From: Balanoglossus misakiensis
Taxonomy: Eukaryota > Animalia > Hemichordata
Length of the DNA: 64,000 nucleotides
Assembly (NCBI GenBank): GCA_040954595.2
Contig: CM082589.2
Span: forward strand, 1,528,009-1,592,008
Direction of reading: 5' to 3'
Position numbers and translations under genes: made by a program. The notes beneath the pieces are model-generated. The model was not told the origin of the DNA, searched no databases, and saw nothing but the letters and a program-made list of their open reading frames with translations. Position 1 is the first letter of the stretch, and each line of letters opens with the position of its first letter. Shown here one piece after another: positions 13,601 through 26,000 of the stretch.

Positions 13601-15194
13601 GTTCCTTTTTATCACAGATAGTAAATAGTAACACTACTTTTAGCGATTAATGTCAGTTTGAACATACACTGTCTATCAACAAAGATTGAAATAGCCAAGA
13701 TATTTTATCAACAGTTTGGATGTAAGTCTTTCAATGACAGGGGATGAATGAGATGCAGAATTAAAAAAACTGACAGTTGGGAAGAATTGAGACTTGGGCT
13801 ATTAATTTTGTATGATGATCGTAGACTTTGGAAATTCTCTGCTCAAGGAATTTCTGATGCAAATAGAAGCAGATTATCTAGAATTAAGAGTTATATGATT
13901 GTGTGTGTGTGTGGGGGGGGGGTCTCATCTGTGATAATGTGGATTTCGAAAGATATGTAATGAAAAAAGAAGCCATTGCAACCAGTATGTTTTATGATTT
14001 ATACATAGCTGTGCAGTTGCTACAGAATACACCACATCTCTCGTGAAAATAGAAATCTGTACGACACAGATGGTGCAAAGAGGTCATAAAGTTCTGTCAT
14101 AATATTTTATTCTATATCAAGATTTGTAATTTGTCATCTGTAGTATAGTGTGATGTAATGGCAGTTTGACTGTAGAAGGAATATAGCCTTGGTGATATTA
14201 ATAGTTCATCAGTTGGCCACTCAAAATAATTTCTTGTTGGACCCAAAAGTAGTCATTAGACCAATTAGAAAAGGAAATAACAATTAGAAATGTTATGCAA
14301 AGCAGTTGAAATACCCAGGGTATAAGCATCTCATGACGTCCAAAAGAAGACAGTCTTGAAACAAAATCCCAGGACAGTTGAGCCAAACGTTGTACTTTTT
14401 AAGCCAGAATTCTCTGGTTTGCCTGTAGCATGACACACTTCTCGGTAACCTTTAACAAAATTGGAATATTCATGAAGCGTGTGTGGGTGTTCTCGATAAT
14501 GCTGCTCATTTGCAGGAAAATTGATGACTCACTTTTATATAAATATGCTCAGCTGATTGCTGTGCAAGTCTGCAACGTATTTATCATACCAGGTCTTTTC
14601 TTCCCTGATGAAAAATTGAGCAAATTTGAAAGTGAAATTAATATTGTCAAGAATCAGGGTAAAACTGATTTCAACCAGTGTTAAGAAATTTTATAACATC
14701 TGGCAGCTTTCTCCTTTATCGTTAAAAGCCAGGAAAATCCATAAAATATAGACACTCCATCATTTATCCAGTAGACGATTCTCATATCTCTAGATTTTGC
14801 AGTTTATTGCATGCCAACGGATATGATGTTGATAAAGTATGGACTATCATCAATTCTTCTTGAAAGTGGTCGCGCTTCTGTTTTGTACAATATCTTATAC
14901 TGACAGTTTAGATTTTTGTAGTTAGTAGATGGCTAGTACAAATGTGCATGCATGGTTTTAGTAGAGTTTGAAGTTACGGTGGCCCACATTGTCAATTCAG
15001 TTCACCCTCTGAAGTTTGGACATTCAGCACCAGGGCTGTATCAAGTGGTCTAGGGGGTTGAACGCAATGTTCTAAGAAGCAGGGTGGCACCAGACAGATT
15101 GCTCAACCAATGGAATACAAATGGAGAATCTGGTGACATGCAGTGTGCACAGATTTGATGACTTTTGTGTTTGAATTATTTTGTTGTAGTTCAT

Positions 15195-15236
<42 letters not shown>

Positions 15237-15278
15237 GTGGTAGTGGTGGTAGTGGTGGTGATGATGATGGTGATGATG
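15195..15278. repeat. Compound trinucleotide microsatellite (GAT)n/(GGT)n
   Basis: Direct reading; explains the poly-His and poly-Asp ORFs in the track. Confidence 0.95.
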
Positions 15279-18200
15279 CAATTTTTGTAACCAGAGTCTC
15301 TGGTTTGGCACATGCACATGGAACGTTTGTTGCCCTTTTAATCTTCTAGCAAGATGTGGATGCAGTATTTGGCTTGCTGTACAGTCGGCAGTGATTGCAA
15401 CAGTGTGACTTCTTACTCAAGAAAAAAATCAGTAAAATGTCAAAAAGACGGCAATGTCTTCAGTATAATGCTAACAAGTGCCAAGACTTTAATGGTCATT
15501 ACCAGTAACTGTAAAGTAAATGCACATAAAATTCTCATCAATACTGTGTTCGTGGCAATTTGAATCCATGATCAATGGTAATGACAGAAAACTGTAAAGG
15601 TGGTATTCATTCACTGAAAAACAATCACCAGTAGAAATGTAAAAAAAGTCAATTTTCAGCGAATTCCTTCAGGCAAAAAAACCTTAAATCTTGATCGAAA
15701 CTATTTCCTCGAGTCTGTGGTTACCATGGCAGCTATGAACCATCGGTAATTGGATTGACTGTGTTATTACAGACTTTATGCTCTCTGGTTCCTAGGGTTA
15801 GGTTTATTTGCCAATTGGCTCGGAGGGAATATTCTTAGCAGAGACAGGACGTTTTGTTCCATTTTGAGTCTCTGATGTCATTTTATCAACCCTGAAATTA
15901 GGACTTGCGAGGTTTTAGGATCTACAGTGGGCATGATTTAGGTTTTTCTTTTATGTTTTTTCTTCCACTGTAAAATGCATATTTTGCTGAACAGAATGAA
16001 ATAAATGTACTGCCCTAATATATCAAAAAATAACAAAAAATGATATCAACCGAAGATCTTGCCATTTTGTTTCGTTATTGAGTTTCTGTCTACATGTATC
16101 CTGGGTATTACGGTGCCATGGTGATGACCTCTGACCTGCACTGAGTCTCTCGGATGTTTCTATTCAGAGTCGTGCATTGAAATTGGATCAATATATCCAG
16201 GCGTACAACAGGAAAGACAAGTCAGCCATTTGTGATGGAATATACCCTGCAGGCAGTCTTTGTATGCTGAGAAAAAAAAAGAAATTATGTGATGATTGTT
16301 AGGCTGACATTTTTGTGCAAATATTGAAATGGAAGGTTAATTAAAACTGAGATTTATTACATCAATAAACTTCTTGCATTAAGCTCTGTGAAGCTGAAAT
16401 GATTTTGTGAAATAAATTTCTTTGTCTTTTTTCTTCTTTTGAAAATGACAGTAAATTAATTCCATTCAAAATTATCATGACACTTGTTAGACATGGGCAG
16501 ATTATGGTTGAATTTGAAACTAAAAAAATATACTGATAAATATAGCAATGGAGAGCAATTCCGAACTGTTGATGTTTAGACAGCTGTTGTGATGCATGTG
16601 TATCAGCATCAGTTGGGTTGTGGATAATGTGATAAGTGAAATGTCGGAGAAATTTAGAAGAGAAAACACCTGTTGATAATCAGAGGTGACAGTTTGCAAT
16701 GGAGTGGAAATCGGAGCCTCAAACTTACACTAGGGAGAAAGAAGTGAAGCTGAGAAAGATGATAGTCTAACCAACGTTTAGGAATTTGTGTGTAATCTCT
16801 GATGTGTATGTCTGGACAATTTTGTGTAATTCTTTACAGTCTGTTGCCTTGAAAAACATTTGCAGTTAATATCCTGTGTGGCTTGAAAGCTATGGTAATT
16901 TAGCACACATGAATAAAATTGTATGTTTTATGTTTGCAAACACTGCCTCTAACTGCAAAAGGAGAGTTTGAGAGTTTGTCCATCAGGATCCTTAATTGCC
17001 CATGTTTTGACGACGCCCCACAAGTCATACTAATTAGCGTTTTGACTTGACTGAGCTGAGAGATTTTGTTGAAATGGCTGAAGATATTCTGAGAGTGAGT
17101 CTTCCATTGAATCAAAGATGGACACTGTGCGAGGACAGAGTGAATATGTGGAGTAGAAACAATGGCAAACGTTAACATTTGCCAAGCAGAGTCTGGGCAG
17201 GACTCTGTCAATCAGTAATACAGATGGTGACACACAATGCACACACATGTTGCATACACAGTTTTGCAGATGTACCCCTAAAGAATTAGATCTGATGAAA
17301 TTGCCATTTTGTAATGAAAGCATCCAGAGATTCATTTGATAATGCAGAATCGTGACTCCAAAGACTTACCCCTGTATGTCTGTAACAACTGTGATAAATA
17401 AAGCACACACCATTAACTTTCTATTTTAGCATGCATAACCTTGACTACCTCTGTGATGTCTCAAACTATTATCAAAGTGAAGTTTTCTCAGGATAGTTAG
17501 TAGACTGATATTCCTATATGAATGTTTTATAGGCCTCAGTCGCGTTTTATTGGCATGACCTGTTGTACCGTGTCTCAACCTGATGCATTATTTAAGTACT
17601 TGTGCAAAAAAATACAAAACGTGTATCATGGCATATATACCACATAAAACATTCAGCATTCAACTTAAGTGATTTTCATTCCTGACATTGTATTTTAATG
17701 CAGCTTAGCCTGACAAGATGTCATAGTTCTGTGTCACATTTGTCCATAAATTTTAAATGTATAACGTCAGCGGGGAATGAGGCATACACATCAAATGTGA
17801 TCTCAAGCATTTGCTCACCTCATACTCTTTGAGGTGAATTTTGATCGCCTTCTTTACAATAATGCATAAGTAACTTCATGGATGAAAAGTGAATCAAAAT
17901 GATATAGATGGGGGCTTTATCCTTCCAGGTGCTAATACCCTGTGATCATGACCTTGGTGACATCTCCTTATCACCTTAGAAAATTTCCTTGTACAGGTCA
18001 TGACCTATGTGGCATTGTCCCGATCACATATGTATGATTGAGACTTTTAAAAAGTAGAATCTGGCTGGGAGTTGTTTGTGTTCAAACATCCTCCCAGATC
18101 CACAGATTCTAGAGTAACATCTGAGTTTTCTTGTCTCAGTCTCTGGAAATCTATTCTAAACCCAAGTACATGATCCTCATGGGAACCAGTCAGGCCTCAC

Positions 18201-18323
18201 CATATGTAAGGGGTGTGTTAACAGTGATCACTCAAAGCTGATGATTATTCCTCCTTGGGATCATAGCAACCTGGAAATCGAGTTACCCAGTAGCTATATA
18301 CATCAACTTGAGCCGCTCATTCT

Positions 18324-18386
18324 ATTTCCCTTGTAATGATCTTATGCCGTGTGCATGGCAATGTGACTGTTAACAGCAGAGGGAGT
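18324..18386 (+). other. Hairpin-family copy 1 (motif GGCAATGTGACTGTTAAC at 18357)
   Basis: 5' arm UGUAAUGAUCUUAUGCCGUG pairs with CAUGGCAAUGUGACUGUUAACA; outer stem UUUCCCU/AGGGAG. Folded by eye. Confidence 0.6.
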
Positions 18387-18460
18387 ATTTTTCATAATTA
18401 CTGCATCCCAAGGATAGAGTTATAGCAACAGCTGGGCTCTTCAATTTGAGCTGTTTTCGC

Positions 18461-18529
18461 CATTTCCTCTTCTAATGGTTGTGTGCCTGTGTATGCCAGG
18501 CCATGTGACTGTTAACAATTATTGGAATG
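18461..18529 (+). other. Hairpin-family copy 2 (motif GGCCATGTGACTGTTAAC at 18499)
   Basis: UAAUGGUUGUGUGCCUG pairs with CAGGCCAUGUGACUGUUA: 17 bp, 6 G.U pairs, one bulge, 7-nt loop. Confidence 0.65.
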
Positions 18530-19051
18530 TTTTTTTTATGTACCTACTGACTTGATTGTGATAGTATCCAGGCATGATATTAGATACTGCCATTAAGATT
18601 TCCCAAACGTCACATATAATTTCTGTTGCAAACCCAGCCAAACATACCAGTATTGCATTTGACAAGTCACGAATCAGAGTTCATGTCGCCATCTCCCAAT
18701 TAAACGAGTGTGTTTGCTGCAGCTCATAAATGTGAACATGTTTCCTGTGAAATGTGACGTGTTGGCATCAAGTAGTGCTTGTTGCTTCTTCCTTGCTGTT
18801 TTGTCCTCAAGAAGAGTGAATGTAAAGACTCAGAGCTCATCTCTACAGCTGATTTTTATTGAATTATTCAGAATGTTGAAAGTAGCATGTTATTTTCACA
18901 TCACGAAGAAAACTTCCATTCGTTAATGGTACTAACTTTACTCATAATGAGCTTCTGCTGTCAAAACAAATTATGCCTGAAATAAACTGATCATGCAGTC
19001 TTTTATCAATACAGTAGGACCTGTCTCCTCTTGACACCATAGGGACTGTTC

Positions 19052-19079
19052 AGAGAGAGAGAGAAAGAGAGAGAGCGAG
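19052..19079. repeat. (GA)n microsatellite
   Basis: Direct reading. Confidence 0.85.
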
Positions 19080-19295
19080 AATATAAAACAATGTCATCTT
19101 CAGAATACACCCAGTTTCACCATCTTTACAAACACTGAAATTAAGTACCCAAACCCTTTTTACCTCAAATTTACCCTTGACATAATGGTAAGTTGTACTT
19201 GAACAGTGAACATAAGGTTTTTAAAATCGTATGATATGAATTGCCTTATCTTTTGTGACACCAACCAACCCAGGGGGATTATGGGAGTAGAGGCA

Positions 19296-19308
19296 GTTGC
19301 TAGGCAAC
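19296..19308. promoter_or_regulatory. RFX X-box-like site
   Basis: GTTGCTAGGCAAC (reverse complement GTTGCCTAGCAAC) matches the RFX consensus. Function is untested. Confidence 0.5.
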
Positions 19309-22007
19309 AAATAACTGCTAATCCTATGGGATGTGATTGACCTACTTGTCCCTACTGTAAAGCTGTCAAAGTTAATATTTGCATGTGCAGGTATCAGTGT
19401 GAATAACTGGCTTGTCTTGTAGGTGCTGTGTTTTGATAGGAAGTACTGTAATACTGGCAAAAGAACAGTGAATGAAAGAAAGTTCTAAGTCAAATAGATG
19501 TATTTATAGACTAATCGTGTATGTATTCATGTATCATGTTGTAATGGGCTAAGTGCTAAACATGATCTCATGACCATCTTTTAAAATGACTCCTCAGGTA
19601 CGCATTGGGCTTGTCTCAAAGCCACTGTTCAAAATCAATACATTTTGCATAACGATGTGAAGTGAACACGAACAACTAATGCCACAAAAAACTTCTGGAT
19701 GAAGAACAAGCTTTGTGAAATCCAACATTGATGTTACCACAAAACTAATTGGTTTCTGGAGAGTTGTAGACGATACTTGCAAAGTCTTTCTGTGAATAAA
19801 CCATAGATCTTGCTTTGTAATATCCAGACATGCCTCAGTTACAGACTGATAATTCACCATCAGGTAAACAGATAAATGGTGTGATCATATTTGATGGATT
19901 AGATGAGATACATCATACAGTGCGATTGCAAAGCCACTATTATCTGATGTAAAAAAAAAACTGCCAATTTAGGCCATTGCAATTCAGAAACTTTTGTGGG
20001 TTATCCACAAAGATTGGAAGATTGCTGAGTAACATTTACAGGGGTACAGGAACACAATTTCAAAGGAAATTCCATATTTGGTTACTTTTCTTTAACTCCA
20101 GAATTTATTATCAGAGAGGAAATGATGTCATGGTTACAGTACTGCTCCTAACCATGTTTCACCATGATTCCTTAGAGATGACAGTGAATACGAGTTTAAT
20201 AATATCATTCTGGAACAGTAATTAACCCCTTGGGCAAGGCATAGCAGATTGGAACTTCACTATACTATAATTATATTATTTCAAGTTGTTTGTGCATCTT
20301 TTATTTTGTACAAAACATCTTGTATTTATTTTAAAACAATTATGATACCATATTATGCTGTCTTGTTGGCTTCTACATCATGTTATTGTGAAAACAAGTG
20401 TTATATAGCATTAAGGATTGTGATGCAACCGATTGTATGTGAGCTGATTGTAGAACAATTGTATAATGATAGTTTCAGCTTCCCTGTGGACATTTTCAAG
20501 TCTCTCATATTTTTGCATAGATCCCCATAGCGATGATTGAGGAAAGGGGACCAAGTTAGAAAGTGGGCGTGACTTTGATCAAAACAAGTACAGTACATCT
20601 GTGCGGATGGATGCATTCTAAAACATCCACATTGTATCTGCTATACATTATAGAGTTCATCCCATGAGTAACAGGATTACTGCTTGCAAAGTGGTTTTTC
20701 CTGTAGAGACGCTAGTTTCATCAAGGTATATTTATTGAGATGCCGGCTAGTTACTGCAAAACAGGCCTGTTCAAACAGAAATGCAGCCCGAGTCGTGACT
20801 GAACACACCTACTTCAGTTCACAGAGAGTACAGCCAGGGTAACATGAGCTTTCCCACTCTGAACAAAACCGTTATTCACCTGGCCACCACTGTTATTCAG
20901 AAGAGAGAACTAGAGTGTATCAAGGCAAAGTCATTGTAAGCCTCTCAGGCAAGCGATTCACTGATCCCCCCGTAATTGATGGTAAAATTGCCTTTCCTGA
21001 CTAAGGTGGACAAAAGGAGTTAGAAAAATCAGATCCAGTTTCGCTGTGATGGACAGCTCAAAGCTTTTTAAACTGTAGATCAACCTTGGAGAGGTTTCCA
21101 TGACGATAATTCTCATCTTATTTGCTCTTTAAGATTGGGACCTCTTCAGTCATTTTCCACATTGACGAAGCAGTTTTGTCAAACTGTGCAGTGCCAGTAC
21201 TCACTCTATTAAATTTGAAGGACTTTATTTGAACGGCTGAAATTGTCATCTTGTAAAATTATAATATTTTGACTATAATTCCTAAAAGTGCTTCTTCCAT
21301 TGCTTTGAATTTTCTTTTTTATGATGAATATTGCAAGATGAGTTCCTAGGGGTGTTCTTATTTTGGGCCTCTATTTTAGGGTCAAAGTATTCACCTACCA
21401 TGGGAATTATACTTTCTTCTAAGGCATGAATTCAGCTCACCAACCTGTGACTTCAGCCACGTGTTTAGAATTAAAATGTGAACATGGAGAGATATAAAAG
21501 AGATATAATATATAATTTTTCTATACTTGAATCCCAAATAGTTTCCTAATTCCCAATCCCTTGTCCAGTGAATGGTTTATAGCAAAATGGAATCTACTGA
21601 GGTTGTGTAGATTCAACTGGAACATACCCATGAAACTTATCTATGTTGGAACCCTCAGGTTATAAGGATTTGGTGAAATCCGCACCGAGTTTGGCAGATA
21701 CATTAATTGTTCATGAAAAAAATGCATAAAAAATTCATGATATGATGGATTCATAGATTTGCTTTCATGCTTGGTAAACTGAACCAATTAAAGTATACCT
21801 AACACTTATAGTTAAGGGTAAACTAAACGTTTTGCTGTGTAGAAATTCCTTCTCGTTTCTGTTATTTTAATTCCAAGTGGTACTTTAATTAAAGAACTGG
21901 ATTGTCAATATAGCATTGTCTGTATCACAGAATTTGCTGTGGCATGACATTGTGATAATCACAGTCCGTGACAAACCACATTTCAGATGTCTCTTTTTGA
22001 ATGATCT

Positions 22008-22060
22008 GGACAGGATCATGTGTTTATTATTTGTAGTAATCACAGGCATTGTGACTGTCT
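22008..22060 (+). other. Hairpin-family copy 3 (motif GGCATTGTGACTGTC at 22045)
   Basis: Helices GGACAG/CUGUCU, UCAUG/UGUGA, UGUUU/AGGCA and AUUAUU/AGUAAU. Confidence 0.55.
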
Positions 22061-22109
22061 TTATCAGTTACATTCAACTCATTTCAGATGTCCCTATTTC
22101 AATGATCTG

Positions 22110-22152
22110 GACATTATTGTGTGTTGATCAGTGTCTTGGCATTGTGACTGTT
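22110..22152 (+). other. Hairpin-family copy 4 (motif GGCATTGTGACTGTTA at 22138)
   Basis: Helices GACA/UGUU, UUAU/GUGA and GUGUUGA/UUGGCAU; tandem paralogue of copy 3. Confidence 0.5.
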
Positions 22153-22239
22153 ATTTATATCACTGTATTGATGATGTAGTATACATGTAGTTTGTTACTT
22201 GCAATTAATGCAATTACGGTTTTTGTTTTCTCTGTACAG

Positions 22240-22281
22240 ATTCTGCTTCACAAGTGGTACTGCCTGAGGAATTCAAAACCG
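22240..22281 (+). other. Probable 42-nt non-coding (5' UTR) exon of the neurocalcin gene
   Basis: Strong acceptor TTTTTGTTTTCTCTGTACAG| and donor CCG|GTAAGA, no ATG, same strand as neurocalcin. Linkage to that gene is inferred. Confidence 0.55.
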
Positions 22282-22925
22282 GTAAGATTCTCCAATGATT
22301 GCATTCCAATTTAGATCGCTTTTGACTTGTTTTTCTTCAATGCCAAAAGGAAAACTTTTGTGGTATCTATTATTCAGAAGATGCAGGATATGTGTAATGG
22401 ATTTTGCCAGTGGTGTGAGCTCTCTGTGTATAATGTGTGTGTGGTATACACATTAATATATTCTCAAGATATGAATATTTATTGAGTCTGGGTATCATGC
22501 AAGTAAATCATAAAATGCAATGGAAACAGACATTTATTATTCATGTTAAGTGAGATTTTGTTTTATTAATAAATGCACTTTCATTAATTATAGCAGTTTT
22601 AGCCTCTATGTGCTCAATAGATTCAATGTCAAAGGGTTCAGTCATGTATGAAACTGTAGATTGCAAATTGTTAATCGTTTTCTGTGTGACAGCAACTGGC
22701 ATGTGATGACGATCAGAGGAGATGAAATGATGCCATTAAAAGACAACTAGTGTTAGAATGACGTTTAGTTCGCGCAGTAGCCAGGTCATTAATTTTCCAT
22801 TTTCTCGCATTGCGTTTGTCGAGAACTTAATGGTCTATAGATGTGTGTGGCTAGAGGATAATAAGTCGTGTGAAATCTTCAGTGTTGCAGGGCCTCTGTT
22901 AACATTGCAAAATTTGGGAGAACCC

Positions 22926-23085
22926 TGTGATTGGTACTAGTCGTGCAAGTCTTAACCCTTTCACCCCCAGTTCCTTCTGTAGAGGTCCAACCTTACCATA
23001 GAAAGCAATGGATGTGGACTGAACCATGGCGGCAAAAGGGTTAAGGGCCGTGCATACTTGGAGATGTGACTGTTAACACATCGCA
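22926..23085 (+). other. Hairpin-family copy 5 (motif GGAGATGTGACTGTTAAC at 23060), loop interrupted by the MITE
   Basis: After removing the MITE: UGUGAU/AUCGCA, AGUCGUG/UGUGACU and CAAGU/ACUUG helices. Confidence 0.55.
22952..23044. mobile_element. 85-bp piggyBac-type MITE with TTAA target-site duplication
   Basis: TTAA|CCCTTT ... AAAGGG|TTAA (element 22956-23040) with imperfect longer TIRs. A related end occurs at 44355-44382. Confidence 0.75.
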
Positions 23086-26000
23086 AAGCTAGACCAATGC
23101 CAGTAACAGTGTAGTCCTAATATTAGCTATTCATGTTGTTAGTTTTATGCTTGTGTGCGATCACCACTGATGTAGCAATAATGAATAGGGTGAACGTCGT
23201 GTTTTAAATGCTGTGTTTGCATTCGATCAGCGGCTGGTCACACTCCACGTTGCTATAGTCTCCATTACTATTTATGATACCATGAAAGTGTATTTTATAT
23301 AGACCCAGCAAGGTCTTTAACCCACATGGTATTATTGGTTTTTCTCACCACATGTGTGATTTCAACTTGTCTGTGAAATGGGATCTATTGCCCATTACAC
23401 GTTTGCCAGATTTGTGCCATTCCAACTACCTATAACATATAGTTTCTCAGTCACATCAAGCCAGAACTAGGGTTTTCCGTCCTAATACTTGCTTTTTTTA
23501 TTTCTCGTGTGAATTTAATGTAGATAAGTACTGGGGATGGCGCATGGGTGGTGGCTGATTTTGGTGTTCAAGTTAAACTTGTGAAAATATTACATAGAAC
23601 ATTTTCCAACTAATGATGATTCATTTCTCTAGTTTGCAAGCAATCGGAGAGTAACGAGCTTTGCACCAATTATCCAATATTGTACATGTCACAGTTACTG
23701 CATGACCGAGTATTATGAATGTCCTCACGACTTCTTTCATGAATGTACACAAGAACTCATTCACACAAGCTTCATTAGGGAGGAGCAAAAATAGCACACA
23801 CACTAGTGACACACACGGCAGTACGTAGAATCAGTTTAAGGTCAAGCAATTTCAGTCTTTTATCTTATTCCCTTCATACTAAGTAACTCTCTTGGGTTCT
23901 CACAGGTGAGAACCTGCCTAAGAAAACAAATGAGTCTGTCACATGTAGGGAGGAAATCCTCCAGCCAATTCTCACATTTATTCAGAGCTGTCAGCCGAAA
24001 GTTTAAATTTTATTGTGCAGAAAAAGAATATACTGGCAAACTGAAATGTTTCAGATGGTTTAGTGAGTCATAATGTCCACGGAAAAAAAGTTACAAGCTA
24101 TAACACGCCCTCCACAGTTCAAAACGTGCATATGTACATGCATTGTGTTATACATGTAAACAAGATTGCAACAATTATGGCTTGTGACAAGTTTTCTGTT
24201 AGCGAGTATCATGTAGTTGTTCCAGTTGTTTCACAGACCAAAATAGTGAAATAATCATCAGAACCTATAGCTACTGCCCTCAACCAACAGGCACCATGCC
24301 ATCACCAGGTACTCTTCCATCAACAATGACAAGACTGTCATCAGTGATGATTGCTTTTTTTTATATCTTAGTCAAGTCATTACAGACTGAATTCAGTTTG
24401 AAATTATTATGACCTAGGAAAATATTTCCTCCAGCAATTGCTAATTATTCATTTTCCGGAAAATATTATCTCATATTGTCGCTTGTGAAAAGATTCATTT
24501 AGTCCTTGAGATTTTACTGGATTGTGTTTGTAGGGAGACTTCACCTGTGCAAAGGAGAGTAATTGGAAATAGTCAATATTCTCACGAATTTCAAAATTAC
24601 AGGGTGAAAGCAGCAAAAGAAGAATAGTCTATAACAGCCTTGAGTAATAATCAAATATTTGTATTACAACATCAGAGCTTTGCCAACTTGCCTACTTTTG
24701 AAATTTAGCTGGCTACTGTTGAGCCAAGTTACACCCCTGCACCATAATCACATATCATATTTTATTTAATCAACCTTGGTGATTTGTTTACGACTTTCAT
24801 TTCAATGTACCTAATAACCAGCCGTTGTATAAAATTAGCAATTAAAATATTTTGGATATCGGCTGGTATCTTTTCAACTAAGCATAAAATGAACAATTCC
24901 AAACTGTGAATATTCAGATGAAGATCCTTCAAAGGTGTCACAAGCTATAAGAGTATCATGCAACCTATCAAGCTCATTGCAAGGAGAGTGAATTGCTCAT
25001 AAAAGTCTTTAGTTCACACATCTTTATTTTAACTCACAGTGCAGAAAACGCAATGATAAAGTTTGATACTTATTTGCGTACACCCATGTGACCTGTTATC
25101 TGATTTGCATAAACCTGTATGATCCATTGAACAAACAAAAAACATTGATCCAGAAAGAGATTTTCCGGGATTTTTTCCGTTAATGCACAGTTCAGAGTAC
25201 AACTCCCTATTTATTGTGTCTCCTGCTGTACATATATAATAGAAAATCAGGGAGGTCTTCCTCTTCGGCTCTTGAGAGCGCTTTGTAAAATATTCAACGG
25301 AAAACATGAGTTTTAATGGAATTTCTGTGTCATTTGAGTCATTACTGCATCAAATTCTCTCTTCAAAAAGGTACCAGATCTACCATTAGTATTCAACTAG
25401 TCTCTGCTTATTGTCTCTATGAGTGATACACTCATCTAGAGGCGTTGCCTTGAAATTTCCATTGATGCTCGTTTTTTATGGCTCTCGTAAATAAACGGCA
25501 TTTCCTCAGAATTCAGGGTGTGATGTGTGTTAATTGAGGACATAGAAACTTGAATGTCTCAAAACTTGTTAGGGACACCCTTTGCTTGTTATTAGCCGCA
25601 CTATATTTTGTATTAAAAACTGAATACTATGCTAGACGTACATAGAAACAAACCATTGTATGTAGATTTTTAGGGCATTAAAACAACTGCGCGTATGATA
25701 ATTTCAGTGTACCTGCACTTCCTTCTGCTCAATCAGGTTTTCAGTTGTCTAGCTATATGTCATGATTTGATTTCCTCAGTGATGGAAAGGGTTTAGGAAA
25801 GTGTCAATTGTTATACGCTTGTTAGTGGTTTCCATTGTTACAAATTAAACGCAGTTCAGCATCCACTGGTTATCGGGATCCATGAGAAGCACGTCATCTA
25901 GAGTGAGGTGCAGCCCTAATTCATTTTCACTGCCTTTATGCACCGTTGTCATCAGTCACGGTTGAGATGTGTTGTTGCACATTGGAGTTAGCTCTACGGG

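Noticed and set aside
15023-15040. REST/RE1-like TTCAGCACC
   Set aside because: Only the left half-site is present; the GGACAG half is missing.
15072-15349. Poly-His and poly-Asp ORFs
   Set aside because: Translations of a trinucleotide microsatellite.
18324-23080. Hairpins as H/ACA or C/D snoRNAs, integron attC sites or miR-2001 homologues
   Set aside because: No double-hairpin with H box or pseudouridylation pocket, no RUGAUGA/CUGA pair, and no proper RYYYAAC/GTTRRRY boxes or cassettes. As I recall it, miR-2001 has seed UGUGACC on a 5' arm, whereas this motif is UGUGACU on a 3' arm.
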